Assembly (NCBI RefSeq): GCF_963921235.1
Contig: NC_086107.1
Location: 116,624,001 to 116,688,000, forward strand
DNA: 64,000 bases
From: Mobula hypostoma
Taxonomy: Eukaryota
Reading direction: 5' to 3'
Shown: positions 63,831 through 64,000 of the stretch, one piece after another
How the letters are laid out: each line of letters opens with the position of its first letter
How positions within the stretch are numbered: the first letter of the stretch is position 1
Program-made: the position numbers and the translations under genes
Notes under the pieces: model-generated
Told to the model about the DNA's origin: nothing
The model's input: the letters and a program-made list of their open reading frames with translations, nothing else
Databases searched by the model: none

Positions 63831-64000
63831 TCCATTCATCTTGTGTTTCATTGGACATTATCAGACAGAGGCTGTTTGCCCCATTGAGGCCTCTGGGTCA
63901 GGGGGAGGAGGTCTGATCATTGGGAAGTGAGAGGGAACAGGAAGCCACCCAGTGACAGGAAGAGCATGCAAGCTGCGTGCAGACAGCGGTGGGGGAGTTG

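Overview
Vertebrate genomic DNA, most likely from a cartilaginous fish such as a ray (inferred from the dense CR1/HER1-type LINEs, Penelope-like elements and long purine/pyrimidine tracts). One host gene is recognisable: the 5' part of TLCD3B (FAM57B, a TLC-domain ceramide synthase) on the + strand. Its coding exons lie at 41649-41773, 46431-46517 and 63029-63245 and join in frame through canonical splice sites. Two candidate non-coding first exons lie upstream: a CpG-rich, CCAAT-dense promoter (~9.8-10.5 kb) and a promoter-like island with CRX/OTX-type motifs (~38.3-38.7 kb). Most of the rest is nested mobile DNA (CR1, L1, Rex1-like, RTE-derived elements, a CORE-type SINE, a Tc1 transposon, hAT MITEs, Penelope-like elements), minisatellites and low-complexity tracts. 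The most striking structures involve Penelope-like elements (PLEs) carrying hammerhead ribozyme motifs. One is a 3.76 kb fold-back palindrome inside a single 14-bp target-site duplication (TSD). The other is a miniature palindrome whose loop is a copy of nearby genomic DNA. Repeat boundaries were read by eye and are approximate unless a TSD is quoted. No database searches were run.
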